Source: Phoronis australis
Taxonomy: Eukaryota > Animalia > Phoronida
Reading direction: 5' to 3'
Length of the DNA: 64,000 nt
Assembly: GCA_002633005.1 (NCBI GenBank)
Contig: NMRA01000023.1
Span: 941,158-1,005,157 of the forward strand
The notes under the pieces were generated by a model. The model worked only from the letters and a program-made list of their open reading frames with translations. It searched no databases and was not told where the DNA came from. Below are positions 1 through 13,500 of the stretch, in pieces. The position numbers and the translations under genes are program-made. Position 1 is the first letter of the stretch. Each line of letters starts with the position of its first letter.

Positions 1-40
1 GGTAACTGGTGGGGATGACATCACCGAATGATGTTGATAG

Positions 41-392
41 AAATTGATTGCTAAAAACTTACCAAGTAATGTTGTGTAGTCTCCGAATGGAACTGCATAG
101 TCATAGAGCACACACCGGCTTCAGCATCCACACACTTTTTGTCAGTTAGTTGACCCTGTTGACCGCAATTGTCCACGAATATAGTAACCTTAGGTCTTTT
201 GGGAATTTGTGGCCACCTGTCGAAGACTTGCACCAGGGAAATTAGCAGTAATAAGGCTTAGCGCGACGACGTATTTTGAAAAAAATTCCATCTTTTACCA
301 GTTGTTCACATGCAGACAGCCACGCATGCGCAATTCAATCACCACTAGTACAGCAGCGACACCGCGAGGAGAATTCTCCGAATAGCCCATTG
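41..392. repeat. Dispersed repeat, copy 1 (empty-site version of 9679-10586)
   Basis: ttgctaaaaacttaccaagtaa...cttgcacca...gcgcgacgacgtattttga...gcgacaccgcgaggaga.ttctccgaatagccc recurs at 9679-9867 and 10443-10586. Confidence 0.85.
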
Positions 393-2418
393 CAGTTTTT
401 CAACTTTGACACGTTCTCCGTGTTTTTTATTTCTTTGCCTTTTTTCTAGGATAATACTTCAGGAATCTAGTAAAATGCTTGATTTTTAGAGGAAAAAAAT
501 TTCCTGGTGCTATGCGCATCTACAATTGTGCTTTGCACAAATGTTTACAGACAAAATGTTGGCCCCCCCCTTGTGATATCCTAGATCTGCCTCTGATTTG
601 CCATCTGATTCGTTGATTCTGATTGGCATTGGCATCAACACAACATTGCAAGTCAAAAGGTCAAAGCCGATAAAATAGGATGAGCTGCTATAATTACTCT
701 GGCAACAGTAGATGACGTGAACAACGTGGAAGAAATGCTAAGGGAAAATTCTTCCCTGAATAATAAACTGGTAAAACATGAAAATCTTTTGGAACGCATA
801 ACCACCCAACATTTGACCTTAGGTATTACAATGCTTACATAAGACTGAGTTCATTATTGCGGTGCCTATCACCTCATTACTCTTGGTCAAAGTGTCTCTG
901 TTAAAAAAAATCCTAGGTACAGTTTCTTTCACTTAAGATTATTGACTTAAAAACCAGGCTGATAATATCGTGTTCGCGGTGATTATGAATTGAAGATACT
1001 ACCCTAAATATATTGTAACTGTGGGAAGACTGTTATTCTCTAGTTTCGGTAATTTTTTAAGGCAAGTGATATGGACCATAATGAAAACAAGGCATTGATT
1101 TCTTGTGGTGGTCCATGTTTTCCACTTGACCAGCACGTCTAGGACTTTTTTATTACGGCCTTAGAACTCGAATGTCAAAAATCGATGACAGCATTCTTTG
1201 AAAAAATAACGGAAATCTTGATTTTCATCAACTGATTTCTTGGGTCAAAAGTTTTTAATAGGAAAATCTTAGTTTCACTTTTGTAAAGCTAGAACAAACA
1301 AGGAAAATTTGCAGCTGTCGAGAGAAAATGTTCAAGTTTGTGGTTCAAGTCAAGACGATCTCCATCACAAATGATGATTTTTATAGAAAAAATGCAAGTC
1401 AAGTGATTACGAACATTTGGACATTGATGTCATGCACAAAAGATTCTGTGATGACCAATGATTCTAGAAATGTGTAGTTTTATGGTTCTGTTATGAATAT
1501 TTTAGAAGTTCTTTAAGAAATTGTATCCTTGGCAATGAAAGTAGGTAGTTAACTTAAAAAAATGTATTAGGAGTATGTTTTATATCTGGACAATACTTGA
1601 CCCATTGTGTTTCCATTAAATCTTGCTATACTCACGACTTCAGATTTGCTGGAGGGCTGAAGCAAAATTGTCCTGTCGACGAATGCCTCATGTTTTGTCA
1701 CACGAAGTAGCCTTGTTTTAAAACTGGGTGGGAAAAACTGGCTGGAAAGGAGTTGCTTCAAATCCAGAGATAGCATTGGGGAAGCTCATGTTAAGTGAAG
1801 CAGTTGTTTTAAATATCGCATATCCGTGACTTTTGTACATCAGTACAAAAATGTTATTTGAACTGAATGGTTTTACACAAAGTCTATATTTTGAATAGTT
1901 GGCTTACAATTTGTGTCACTTGGGTTATCATGGGAAATGAGAAGAGATGCAATAGAAAATAAATGAAGGTTGAGATAAATGAAACAATTGCCTCCAAAAT
2001 TGGCATGAAAACAGATATAAATGTTATCAGACATTTTATTTTAGATTCACATTTTAGATAGGATTTACTTTGCAGACGCCTGTTTGATGTTTCAAGGCAT
2101 GGATTATTGCCCTTCAAAGATTTAGAAATTGCATGCTATAAGACACTTTATGGTTAATAATTAACATTATAATTGAGTAGTGGTCACAAACTTTGACAGC
2201 TACCTTTATTACAATGTGAAGATTCTTGCATGAAGCATAATGGTCAGGTGGCTCCATGTCTGCCGGGGGATTCTTTGTATGTAGGTTTATTAACTTTTCA
2301 AGGACCAAACAAAAATTATGCCACAGTCAAATAAGTGTAAAATTTGGAACGATAACCTTTGTGATCCTCCTATAGGCGCATACAGAAGTCACAGACGTGG
2401 CAATATTTTTGCCATTCT

Positions 2419-2805
2419 GGGCCCGGGTTCTGAAATGAAACTCGAAATTATGTTGGCATTTTCTACTCTACTTTTGTGCGAACTCAAAATAAGTGTCAAT
2501 TATTTTATGCTATAGTACATAATGACTTAGGTGCATAACTTTTAGTCTTAGTTAGTACTTGACAAACCAATATTAAGGCTAAAAGTTCGAATTTGAACTC
2601 GAAATTTCGAAATTTTACTTGAGTTTGTAACACAAATATAAGGGTCATCAAGGTCAAAATTGAACTAGAAATTCAAATGCGTAAAGTATAATGTATTTCA
2701 GCAAGGCCTAATAACCACGTTTCTTGAGTTTGCACAAAAGTAGCAGAGAAATTGCCAAATATAATTTCGAGTTCGTTTCTAATACAACGATTAGATTCTG
2801 GGCCT
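2419..2805. mobile_element. Fold-back MITE with long imperfect inverted arms and GGGCC-type ends
   Basis: Left arm aactcgaaattatgttggcattttctactctacttttgtgcgaactcaa matches the reverse complement of the right arm ttgagtttgcacaaaagtagcagagaaattgccaaatataatttcgagtt; TSD unresolved. Confidence 0.7.
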
Positions 2806-4129
2806 TGATCAGTCGCCACGCAACATGTAGAAGGAATGCCATTTATTTTGCAGAAATACACAAAAATTCGTCGGCTTTGCCCTGTCAACGCAATCTCTGT
2901 ACATGTATGTACTGTCACACGATAAACATAATATTATACTTCAATCTGTTTACAGCTTTTATTAATTTGTAATCGTTACCTCTGTAATTTATATTTGAGT
3001 CACTTTTTCAGTAATGCTGTTATTGCTGCACCAGCATACACTCACATCTTCTCTATTGCAATTCAAACGTCTGAGTATTTTTCTGCATTTGATTCAGGAG
3101 TTCTTATCAAACTCCGTAGTGCAAATGCTGCGGATATAGAGAGAATGGTGGGAGTCTGACTAAAACGTGCACATGAGAGAAGTTGTGCAAGAAGGTGACG
3201 AGAGGCCAGGCAAGTTAAGGAGTTTTAGTAGCAGACGGAAGAGAAGAACATTCAGTCGAAGGAAACCTTGCCGTGTAAGAAAAACACAACTAATAATGCC
3301 AGAATTGTATCATTTTCTTGGGTACTACGTTATACCTGGCTATAAATGTGTAGCAAAGATTGGTTTTTGATTATCGCTGATCATTTCCAGAACTTTAGAA
3401 CATATCATGCACAAAAAGGTACAGTAGAAACATTTCAATACCGAATAGAAACAGGCAAGCCTTCATGAGTTTCTGTTCAGGAAACCTATAATGACGCACA
3501 TTTGAAGATATGGCTCAGTTATGCAAACATAGGTGAATTGCACTGGCCTTAGTACAGACACCGTGCAGTTCAAATTATGTCTCATTTCTATGCATTTGGT
3601 ACTAATCCAGCACATTACAAACTACATCGTATCGATACCGCTACAGAATTCGTACCGGACCAGTGCTGCATTTTAAGTTTTCTGCCGGTACAGTACTGCA
3701 ATTAATTATTATACTGGCCCATTATTAGGAGCCACCACAGCATTTGGTACTGGCCTAAGAACAACCCAATACTATGAAAATGTTGTGGCCCTGTATTGCT
3801 TTGGTATTGGCCCAATATTGACTTGGGACTGGTAACGATACATGGTCAGTATTTTGGCCTATGCGCACAGCATTATTTGCCCTCAACTGGCCTGCAGTAC
3901 AGACCTACATGTAGTATCGCTGACGGTTATGGCGAATTGCTGGTTCAGTAGTGTCATCTTTACTGAGTAGAAATATATGTGCAGAATAACAACAAAGCAA
4001 CAAGCAGAGGTGTTTATGAATTCTTTTCATCCTTAATGAATAAGAAAGTGCACAGTAGACAAGCGAATGAGCTCAGTATTGAGTAAGATGCCAATCAAGG
4101 AAGTCAGCTCTACACCTGACTGTTTTAGT

Positions 4130-5040
4130 TCACACGGAGCCGGTAAGTTGCAGGTACACAGAACGGGATTGTAAAGATACATGTACATTATATGTGGTGG
4201 ACTTCTGTTTAATTGAATGGATTTTGGGGGTACACCCGAATACGTTGATATCCATAGATAACAACGCTCTCAGCTGCTCAAGTCTCTCTTCGGGCACAAA
4301 GCGGAAATATCGGGCTGTCATGCTTGCTGTTCAACCTTCATGCTTTCGTGAAGGCCGCGGAAAGCGAATTGGTGAATTTACATGTCTCAAGATGTAATTA
4401 CATATAGCATCCTCGCTAAGTGTTTCCATATTGCCTATATATTCATAAATATGTTCACAAGTGTGACACGGATTATTGTACCATGTTCAGTGATTCGCCA
4501 TAGTAAACCCCTTCCAGAAATTCATAATGTTAATAGGTTCTTGTAGCAAGAAGGGCAGGGAATTATCGAAGTCATTTGTCGTAACATGTTTGCCATCTTT
4601 AGAATATTTTTAAAGGCCCACTCTTGTCGATCTATAATTTTTGAAACGAGTTGACCTTTGACTGTCGTTTTCATATTTGTGTCCATTGACCGATATAAGT
4701 CGTTGCCAAGGATTGCGAACAAACACGAGTTTCGTGTAAGTCTTGAGAATTTCCTTTGCCAGGAACCGGTTGTACGGTGACAATTTTCGTAACTCGTCGT
4801 AATGGTCGTGAACTTTCTCACCAGTTAAATTACGGCCTTTCATTCGTAAAAGTACGGAAATCCAGTTTGTGCAGGCAACCTTTGGAACGTAGCAGTAGAG
4901 TAGCTTGCGTTTGTCATTCACAAAAATGAAATGGTCAAAATTTGCTTTAGTCTTCTTTGTGTAGTTTTTGGCGCAGTATGCTTACAGGGGAAGTCTTCTG
5001 TCTTGAAATCTCTGCACCGAAATCTCGTCATAGTGGTCTC
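4130..5040 (-). pseudogene. Carbohydrate sulfotransferase catalytic exon (CHST11/HNK-1ST family, Sulfotransfer_2), disabled
   Basis: Acceptor tttcAG before 5040; one frame reads LLYCYVPKVACTNW (5'-PSB), FVRNPWQRLIS (3'-PB), NH*..CHTC..YEYIGNMETLSEDA, YF..DINVFG; in-frame stops begin at 4984, 4612, 4489 (conserved HW Trp to TGA) and 4333. Confidence 0.9.
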
Positions 5041-5899
5041 CTGAAAGACGTCAATTCTTTACATGCTTGCGGATGTCAAACTTAAATAATTCTATTAAAA
5101 CTTCGTCTCTATAGAGGAAGCATATTAATCACGCAGATTGAATGTGTCCAAAGTTTTTCATTAAGTATACGGAGAATGCCCACGTTTCCAAAGAATGGCA
5201 TACATGTAGTTGTACACTCATGGCTTCCTGCCGATGAACATTCTTTCGGAAATTATTACATTGTTCCCACGGAAAAACATTTCTGTCAGTCGGGAAACCT
5301 TAGCCTGTGGATGTATGAAGAGTGCTTTCATGAACAACCGCACCAGTCCTTAAGTTTAAGCCAGGCTAAACGAGTCTAATGATCTCAAACCAATGCCGTC
5401 TGTGGTAATTCGGTGGGCCTGAAGCAAGGTGAAATCAAGTATGGAAGACTACTCTTGACATTACCTTAGCAGTCAAGAATTTTTGGTATGTGGTAGAGGC
5501 AGGAATGACCTAAGATACCAAATGGTTTATTTCTTCAAAAACTATTCCGAAGTTTGCCAATACTGAGTACTGTGAAGAGAAAGGTGGGTAATGGTCATCC
5601 ATACAAAATACACCCAGACCGGACCCTTATATTGTGACTAGAGCCAAATTAGAGAACGTGTAAGTTTCGTAATGAACGCTAATTGAATTTCACACCAAAT
5701 GTTACGTCAGACTTCACAGAAGTGGTATCTGGGTGAGAAAACAACTCTTAATGAATAGTCAGGTGGGCGCAAAACTGCAAGATACGTGTACATGTATGCC
5801 TCGACTGCAACCTCTCACTGCCAGCGCACAAATGCTGTGTTCACGAGCTGGTCAAAAGTTTGTGTGCATTTTCACATGGGGGAGTGAAAGTCTGGTGAA

Positions 5900-8330
5900 G
5901 AAGGGGAGAGTCACCCCGAAGCGATGTAGAATCAATTTACTGACCATGTACATGTAAGTGGAGCAGTAAAATCGAGAACAGTTCAAAATCAGTCATGTGC
6001 TTAAATTTTGTTTTAGAATCCAAACAGTCAGATGAAGGAGTTTGCAAAAGAGACAGTTGTTCATTTGAAACAACATGAAGGTACATGTAACACATTGATT
6101 AAAAAGCAACGTCATGTGATATAGGTTTGTGTATCTATTTTATTATTAGACAGAGACCGCCGTCTTTTGTTGGCTAAACAGAGGTAGAGACAGCGGTTAC
6201 ACTCTACTTCATGATGTGCTTAAGGCTGAAACTATTGTGCATCAGGTATTGCGAGGGTATCTTCGACAAGCTTTTCTATTTTTTTGATTCCACATACCCA
6301 GTTGCTGAAGAGCTGTTGAATCACTCACAAATTGCTGGACGGAGATTATGTAATTTTTATTTCTTAAAACGGTAATTCAAGTGTTGCAAAATTGTCTTTT
6401 GAAATTAAAACTCTTGGTTTGCAAAGTTTGGCACTTAATCATCTTTTTCATTGCTTGCATGATTGTTAAAATAATCTCGAAACGCTTGTGCCTTGTTGGG
6501 GCTGACACAATTTCTCATACATTGCCCAACTCTCCATCATCCAAACTGCGTGAAGAATCATGATGGAAGGTGTTACGTGTGTTCCTATCGAGGAAAGCAT
6601 TGCCTTTCATCCCTTAGAGGTTATTTTAATTTTACTAGCATCGCTCCAATTAAAGTGGAACTAGCAGGCTGATTCTTCATCCCTGTGATTGCTTGGCCTA
6701 ATTTGTTAGAAAACACAACATATGTTGACGATGTGATAATGGAGTTGGTTGAAAATTGCCAAATGATTTTAAGAACGAGATTTTTTGGCGAAAATGATCC
6801 GTTGCAAACCACTGAACTGTGTCAAGTATAAGTATCGTGAGGTGGTGTTGGGAAATAACACTGCATGATGCATGTTATGTGAGCCCGAGGGGCACGTCAT
6901 TAGTGCAAATGCCACCTATTCTCAGAATTTTTGGTTTCCACATTTACAAGTTGTCAATGAATACAACTGCACAGTGGGTTAAAATAGCATTGGCGCTTAG
7001 TTCCCGCTACACTTTAGCATACAATAATTAGAAGCATACAAATACATCTTTTATATGAAGGTTTAAAATAATGACCATCCCTTGAGTCTGTACCCTAAGC
7101 AATGCAAAATAATGGGGCTTTTCGGAAAATTTACAGTAACTAGAGAGCGTGCGTGTACTAGTGGTGATAGATTAACAGCCTCGACTTCGCGAGCCCTTTA
7201 GATACATGGTGAAATGGCTTGTAGGCGTGCCAGCGGAATCTGAGATTGCGGGAAAAGGGTGCTTTTATTGAGAGAAAGTAAGCACTACCTTATACAAAGT
7301 TAAGGTTTGTGACTATTTTAACGATTATTTCACGTTTATTCTACTGCTTCCTGTTAACTGAGATACTCGCCGAAGTCGACTTCGCGGCAGTCGCCATTTG
7401 GGTTAATCTTACTCTTAGTTTATTGTGATGCGTGTTACGATACTTGACGTACATGTAGCACTCGGATCTTTTCTTACATCAAAGCATTATTATTGTTTGG
7501 AATGATTTCTAACAGGTTTATCATTGACAGTTAAATCAATGAATGCTGAATGTTTAACTCGATATTGGTTATTGAGTTAAAGATTACAATCCAAGCCCAA
7601 TGCCATGGCAAAGTTTACGTGACAAATATCCATTAGACTATTTGTTTGCTCCCTATCCTATGTCTTCCGGAAATCTATTACACGTTGAAATGAAAATCTA
7701 TTGTGTCTGTTTTCACTTGACCTTTGGTTTTTAGGTTTGAGAGCTTGCACCGTGAAAAGGACATATGCATCGCTTCTGCATCGACCCTGAATGGACAAAA
7801 ATTGGTTTTAAGCAGTTGACTGAAGCAAACCAGCAAGATCTTCCCATCCAGTGTAGATCTGTTGTTAAAGCCTACTTTCTTAATCGGAGACAACGAACAA
7901 GCTTTGTTACTCCTTTCTCTTCCCACAGCATTTCCACACACCAGTAATGCTGCATGGAACAATGTACATGTCAGTGGCCCTGGTGAAATCTGAATCGCAG
8001 TACGAAGTTACCATAAGACAACGTGCCAGTGGATTGTTTGCTTATGAAGAGGATCTATATCTAACTGCTACACAAGTCAGCCTCGTTTGTGAGGATGCCC
8101 TTTCTTAGGCAATAAGTCATGTGTGGACAATAGCTTATTTCCTTTCCTGGAAGAAACATGCTGGATTGAAGCTAAAGAAGACGTAGTGACACTCTGGTCT
8201 AGTTCAGGGTCATATTTTGGGCACAAAACGAGTCCAGTGATACGCTGTTGTGTTTACCTTCAAGGATCTAATTTAGGCTGAATGAGGTTACCTGGAGGAA
8301 AGACACGTGCCGAAACTGGACCTTTTTTAA
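5900..8330 (+). mobile_element. Possible highly decayed Academ-like transposase remnants
   Basis: Weak motif traces only, e.g. LTATQVSL...HVWTIA near 8060-8135 resembling the AcademX LPPT..AL..H..RA..W block; no TIRs found; boundaries approximate. Confidence 0.3.
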
Positions 8331-9678
8331 AAACCCTTCTATAGCTATTGAAGCTAGATCTCTGTGAAATGAAAACCAAAAGCATCTGGTATAAATACCT
8401 GTCCTTTCTCACTGAGTGACATCAACTTTTCCTTTCAGAAGAAAGGCTGTATACTAAAGGTAAAAACTTTCCAATTTGATACACATTTTGGGGAAATGAC
8501 ATTCAGTGACTGCATCGATTGTCTTAGTGTCAGTAGAAAACCCGTTAACCCATTTCAACCCAATGTCCCATTATTGTTACACTTTGATGATCAAATAAAT
8601 TTTTCATCAACAGGCAAGTTTGTCACTAATTATTGAAACCACAACATTTCCTTAGTTTTAAAGCCCCATACAGTGCAGTTGTACTTATTCTTTATAAAGC
8701 TGAAATGATTAGCGATTACGCTTGCGAATTGTCATTTTTCTGTTGACCTCAACAAATGTTCAGCGATCAAAATAAAGTAATCCCCTTTCTTTGCATTTGA
8801 TTTGTTTGTGTGTGTAATTATTTTTAGAGCTTTCTCAAAAAGGCCTTTGAACAATTTTAAGTTTTGTCTAAACTTGTCCAAAACAAAAGTTCCACATGCA
8901 AGAAAAGTATATTATAAAGAAACAACATTGTTAAAAACAATTGTAATTTTCCCACGCAATGGAGTCTATGATCAAGATTTTCAAGGGCTGAATTTCTGAA
9001 TTAGGTTCAATTATCCCAGGCTATTGCTGAAGGATTGCTTTTCACTTTGTCCAAAGGCAAAATAGACGGTCAGGCGGCTGGTTTCAGTAGTTTTCTCTTA
9101 CCTATAACAGAATAGTCATAGAATCAGCAAATTATAAAAGAAAACACAAGACAAAACTACTTTAGTAAGGCAGAACATACTTGACGTTTAATCTTCATGT
9201 TTATATGTAGAAACTAATAATCTTTGTACCCAAGTCTTCTTTAAGATCTGCATTAACAATGTGAAACATGCTAAAAGTGATTTAATGTGTATTTTTCACG
9301 ACGTGCATCTGACCTCAACAAGTAAAATTCATTCTAGGTGTAAATTTTTATTCCAGGGCAATGTTATGACGTTTACTGAATAGCTTATTCATGTTAATTC
9401 GGTAGTCCTGGGGTGGGGTCCGCTATAAAACAAGGAAACTCACTCGTCTACAGAATTTTATTGGACATAGCATAGCTTTGAAGATAAACTGCTGTGAAAA
9501 AGTCACCCTTGACTTCTGAGCGTCACGTACCATACACGTCTTATATTGGGCGCATTCCCACCCCTGGAGGACAATATGTGAATATGTGTTGATAGCCTAC
9601 CCGGCATCCGAGTCCCGGGTGAGTTTCGGAAAAGAAAAACTTAGTTCCATTCAATAAACCCGTTATTCGATGTCGATA

Positions 9679-10586
9679 AAAACTTGGTTGCTAAAAACTT
9701 ACCAAGTAACGTTATGTAGTCTCCCAATGGGGCTCCGGCATCCACACAATTTATGTCAGTTGGTTGATCCTTTTGACCACAATTCTTCACGAATGCAGTA
9801 ACCTTAGGTCTTTTGTTAATTTCTGACCACCTATCGAAGACTTGCACCACAGAAAATAGCAGTAATATATGATGGGCCGTTAGGGGGAAAGTGTCGCCGG
9901 AAAAGCACGAGCGTAATTGTGTACATTACGCCGTTATTTACGCCGTTAATTACGCTGTAAAATTACGAGCGTAATTCAATTCTTTACGGCGTAAAATTAC
10001 GCAAACTCTTAGCCAATTACGTTGGGTTTTACAATGCACGGAAATACTTATTTACTGACGGATTTCATGTCTACGATACGAGCGCTGAATCATGGCCGAT
10101 CAAATCGCTGCTGCCATGTCAGCGATTGTGCAAGAACGAGCTGCCCAGCAACAGTAGTGTATGTTAGGTCATCACTGATTGGTTTAAATTTGGAACGTTC
10201 TTAAGGTATTTTACGAGCGTAATTTACGGCAACATTTCCCCCATTTAATTTACGGCGTAATTTTACTGCAACACTTTTGCAATTTAACTTACGCTCGTAA
10301 TTACGAGCGTAATTTTACGGCGAAACTTTTTCCCGTTTAATTTACAAGCGTAATTGTACGGCGACACTCCTGCAATTCAATTTACGCTCGTAATTTCGAG
10401 CGTAATTTTACGGCGACACTTTCCCCTCAACTGCCAACCATAATAATAAGGCTTTGCGCGACGACGTATTTTGATAACAATCTGTCTTTTTACCAGCTGT
10501 TTACATGCAGGCAGCGACGCATGCGCAATTCAATCACCACTAGTAAAGCAGCGACACCGCGAGGAGAGTTCTCCGAATAGCCCCAT
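9679..10586. repeat. Dispersed repeat, copy 2, interrupted by a MITE
   Basis: Collinear with 41-392 except for the ~575-bp insertion at 9868-10442. Confidence 0.85.
9868..10442. mobile_element. MITE with ~32-bp imperfect TIRs and dense TTACG/CGTAA subterminal repeats
   Basis: tatgatgggccgttagggggaaagtgtcgccg ... cggcgacactttcccctcaactgccaaccata; absent from paralogous copy 1 (agcagtaataaggctt); inserted in a TAATA context. Confidence 0.85.
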
Positions 10587-13500
10587 TAAACAGGCACGTC
10601 TTCAACGAGATGGGGGGGGGGCTCGAATTTTGTGAATGGGCACATTTTACTAAGATTTATAGGGTACGTTCAGAGCTATGAATTGTGCATTCGCCGAATT
10701 TTGATGGTTTTTGCCTTTTACATAACTTTTTACTTTTTTTCGGAGTTTTTTTTCTATGATGCGGACCTTTTTGCCCACTTTGCCAAATAGGGGGGGTCGT
10801 TCGCGCCTCCGATACCCCACCCATTGGTGCGTGCATGTTAAAAGCATAACGTGCAATAACGTCACTCAAATTCGACTGATGTGGCAGCTGTTGAAAAGTG
10901 TCCACACCAGTAAAAAGAGCAGCCTGTCACCTGCATATTGCTCATGTCTCTCAGTATTTCGTATAAGCACAGTGTTGGAAACTGAGAGTAATTGGTACAA
11001 GTGTTTTAACTTCAACTGTAACATACATGTACATGTATGTACGATAGCGCTCATTAAACTCTGTAGTGTAATTGGCTGTTTATCGAGAATATTTTCTGTG
11101 TTACATAGCCGGGTATCTTACCATTGCTTCTACCGCTATCATAGGCGGCGCAGCACTGAAAAAAGTGGGGGTAAAGCCCCTCAGCCCCCTGTGGTGCATC
11201 GTCTATAGGCCATGTGCGGCGAATCACTAGAAGAAGTGGGGGGCTATTGCCCCCGATGGCGCGCCGCTGATAGATTTCCATGCATAATCCCTTTCGGGTG
11301 AAGTATTGAATAACTTGTCCTCGACAAAGCTTGAAAGTTTAAAAATACTATAGGCCTACGTCTAATGCAGTGGGATTTCTTCAGATTGTCGACGCATTCC
11401 TGCAGTCGGCCGACTGTTCGAATTTCCACCAGTCGTGTTTACGTTCTATGACCTCCGTAGATGTATCTGTGCTTCTGTTATAGCAATGCTTGCTTTTTAA
11501 TTTCTCTTACGTGTTAATCGTTTTAGAAATCAAATTGAGTTGCGTCAATGCGAAACATCAATTTTGGGTGTTTTGGCAATTTTTGCACGCGTCAAAACTC
11601 AATAACTTACTGTTTATTTTGTCATACTGAAAGATCGGCTAAAACAGCGATGGCCCGACCGGGAGTGTTGGGTGGCCCTGTGGCATGCGATGCTCGGGTG
11701 GGAGCCACCGCAGGTCCCCCAGGTGTTTTTGTGTCTGCACTGCCCTGTAGTGCAATTTTCCTTGTAGTTAAGGCACAGCAGTGTCTGGTAGGTGGGTGCG
11801 GTATGGTGTCAGTAGAGGGGGGTGTCATCTACAGCGACCACAACCCCGGCTCTATCGTCGACCAGGGTGTGGCTTTGCGGGAGCGGTACTGCTCATTGCG
11901 AGGTATCCAACCGGTCCTAGTGTGCTGTGCTCCAAGTTGAACGTCGTGCTTACACTCCGGAGGGGTGGGGGGTGAACTTCAATGAATATGGAGGCAAATC
12001 CGAGAAAGGCATCGGTCCATTTCCCATTGGTTGCGACTACCTTTTCCCACATCCTCTGGCACTCCTCTACCAGGGTCACAGACACCCCACGCGAGTTGTG
12101 GCGGTGGACAGGATTTATCATTCATCAATAACCCTGCCCATGTGGTACATACTGAGCCACAACACCACGTTCCTTGTTACAATATCCTCTTCTTATCCCT
12201 CCGGCTGGTCTGCTCACTGAGCTTGTCCGGAACTTGCTTTACAGGTTGTTATAGCCCAGGTGGCTGTTTGGTGTGCCCACTTGTTACTTTATATTATCTT
12301 TGGCCATTTGGCAGTTTGTACCCATTTGGTACATGTACTTGTTATTGAATTTGCCGTTTTGCTCGACCCACTTGGTAGGCAATCGGCCAATCCCCATTTG
12401 GTATTATGTACCCATTTGGTACTACGCTAATCTGTGCCACTTAATATCCGATACTCAATTAATTTGTGGGTTACCCCTTGTAATTAAGGAACCCATCTGG
12501 TTCCTTCTGTGAAATATTTATTTGTAGAGCTGTGACCCTGAAATTCCCAATACAATTTAAAATACATAATATTCTTGTTGTTTTTTTTGTCCCCAATAAG
12601 AGGTGTTTTCAAGCTAAAACTAGGACTATAAACATTCAATGCACACCACAGAAATGCACGTCTGTTGCTGTCTGCGTTCGTGCATATCATCCCTTGGTAA
12701 CCTAACAATGGGTCCAAAATTGAACGAGGGGGCAACTTCCGTGCCATAATTTGTCTACAGTTTGTAAATGACGCGTNATTCAGTACGAGCCACTGGCCAC
12801 TATATAGCATATGACAAACAAAACATCGTGTGTTGGACCCATCAGAAATACCTCCAAGTCTCGTCCATGGAATGCTGTCGAAAATGTGAGCTAGACCGGA
12901 TATTCTGATTATCGGAAAATGGTTTAAAATGAATAAACATGCTGCAGTTAGCATGGGAAGACCCATGACACTAATTGTTTCTTGGAAAGGATACGTCAGA
13001 AACCCCAAAAGGACCCCCGAAATTGAACTAGCTCAAACACTGGAAGTACCATCAAAACAATTTCATTCAGTTCATGCTTCTGACCACTGAATAGCCAATT
13101 ACGAAACAAAACGTACTTCGATCTGTGCCCTTCACAGTGTTTGCCATGCAAGCAAAAATTTACGCGGCCCGATACGCTCCCCTTCGGCCCCGCCGCTCGT
13201 AATGTTACCCTAATAGACCTTTTGCGGGTTAATAACAAGAACTCGAGATTCTGTGATACTTAACTGCGACGTCACCGGAACTAGGGCAAAAGCTTGTCGT
13301 TTGGCCATACGTTCTCAGAGTGTATTCTGTTCAGTTTACTTCGAGTTTTTAATCTTTTAGTGGGAAATAAGAATCAGATTTGCGCTACAATTCTTCCCGC
13401 CGCGTTCTGTACTGATTTCGTCAGGTATTTTAACAGGCGGTACCGCTAGGCGAAATCTGCTCAACTATTAGGCGTTTTCACCTCGTCAAAAATACATTTT

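Noticed and set aside
4333-4984. Stop-codon readthrough or selenocysteine recoding of the CHST exon
   Set aside because: Stops are mixed TAA and TGA and come with substitutions in conserved motifs (RLISVN, FGC), consistent with ordinary decay
10591-11270. Short GC-rich CAG/CAT-ended MITE-like pieces (similar ones at 46513-46772)
   Set aside because: Probably hAT-type MITEs, but TSDs could not be matched so they were not called
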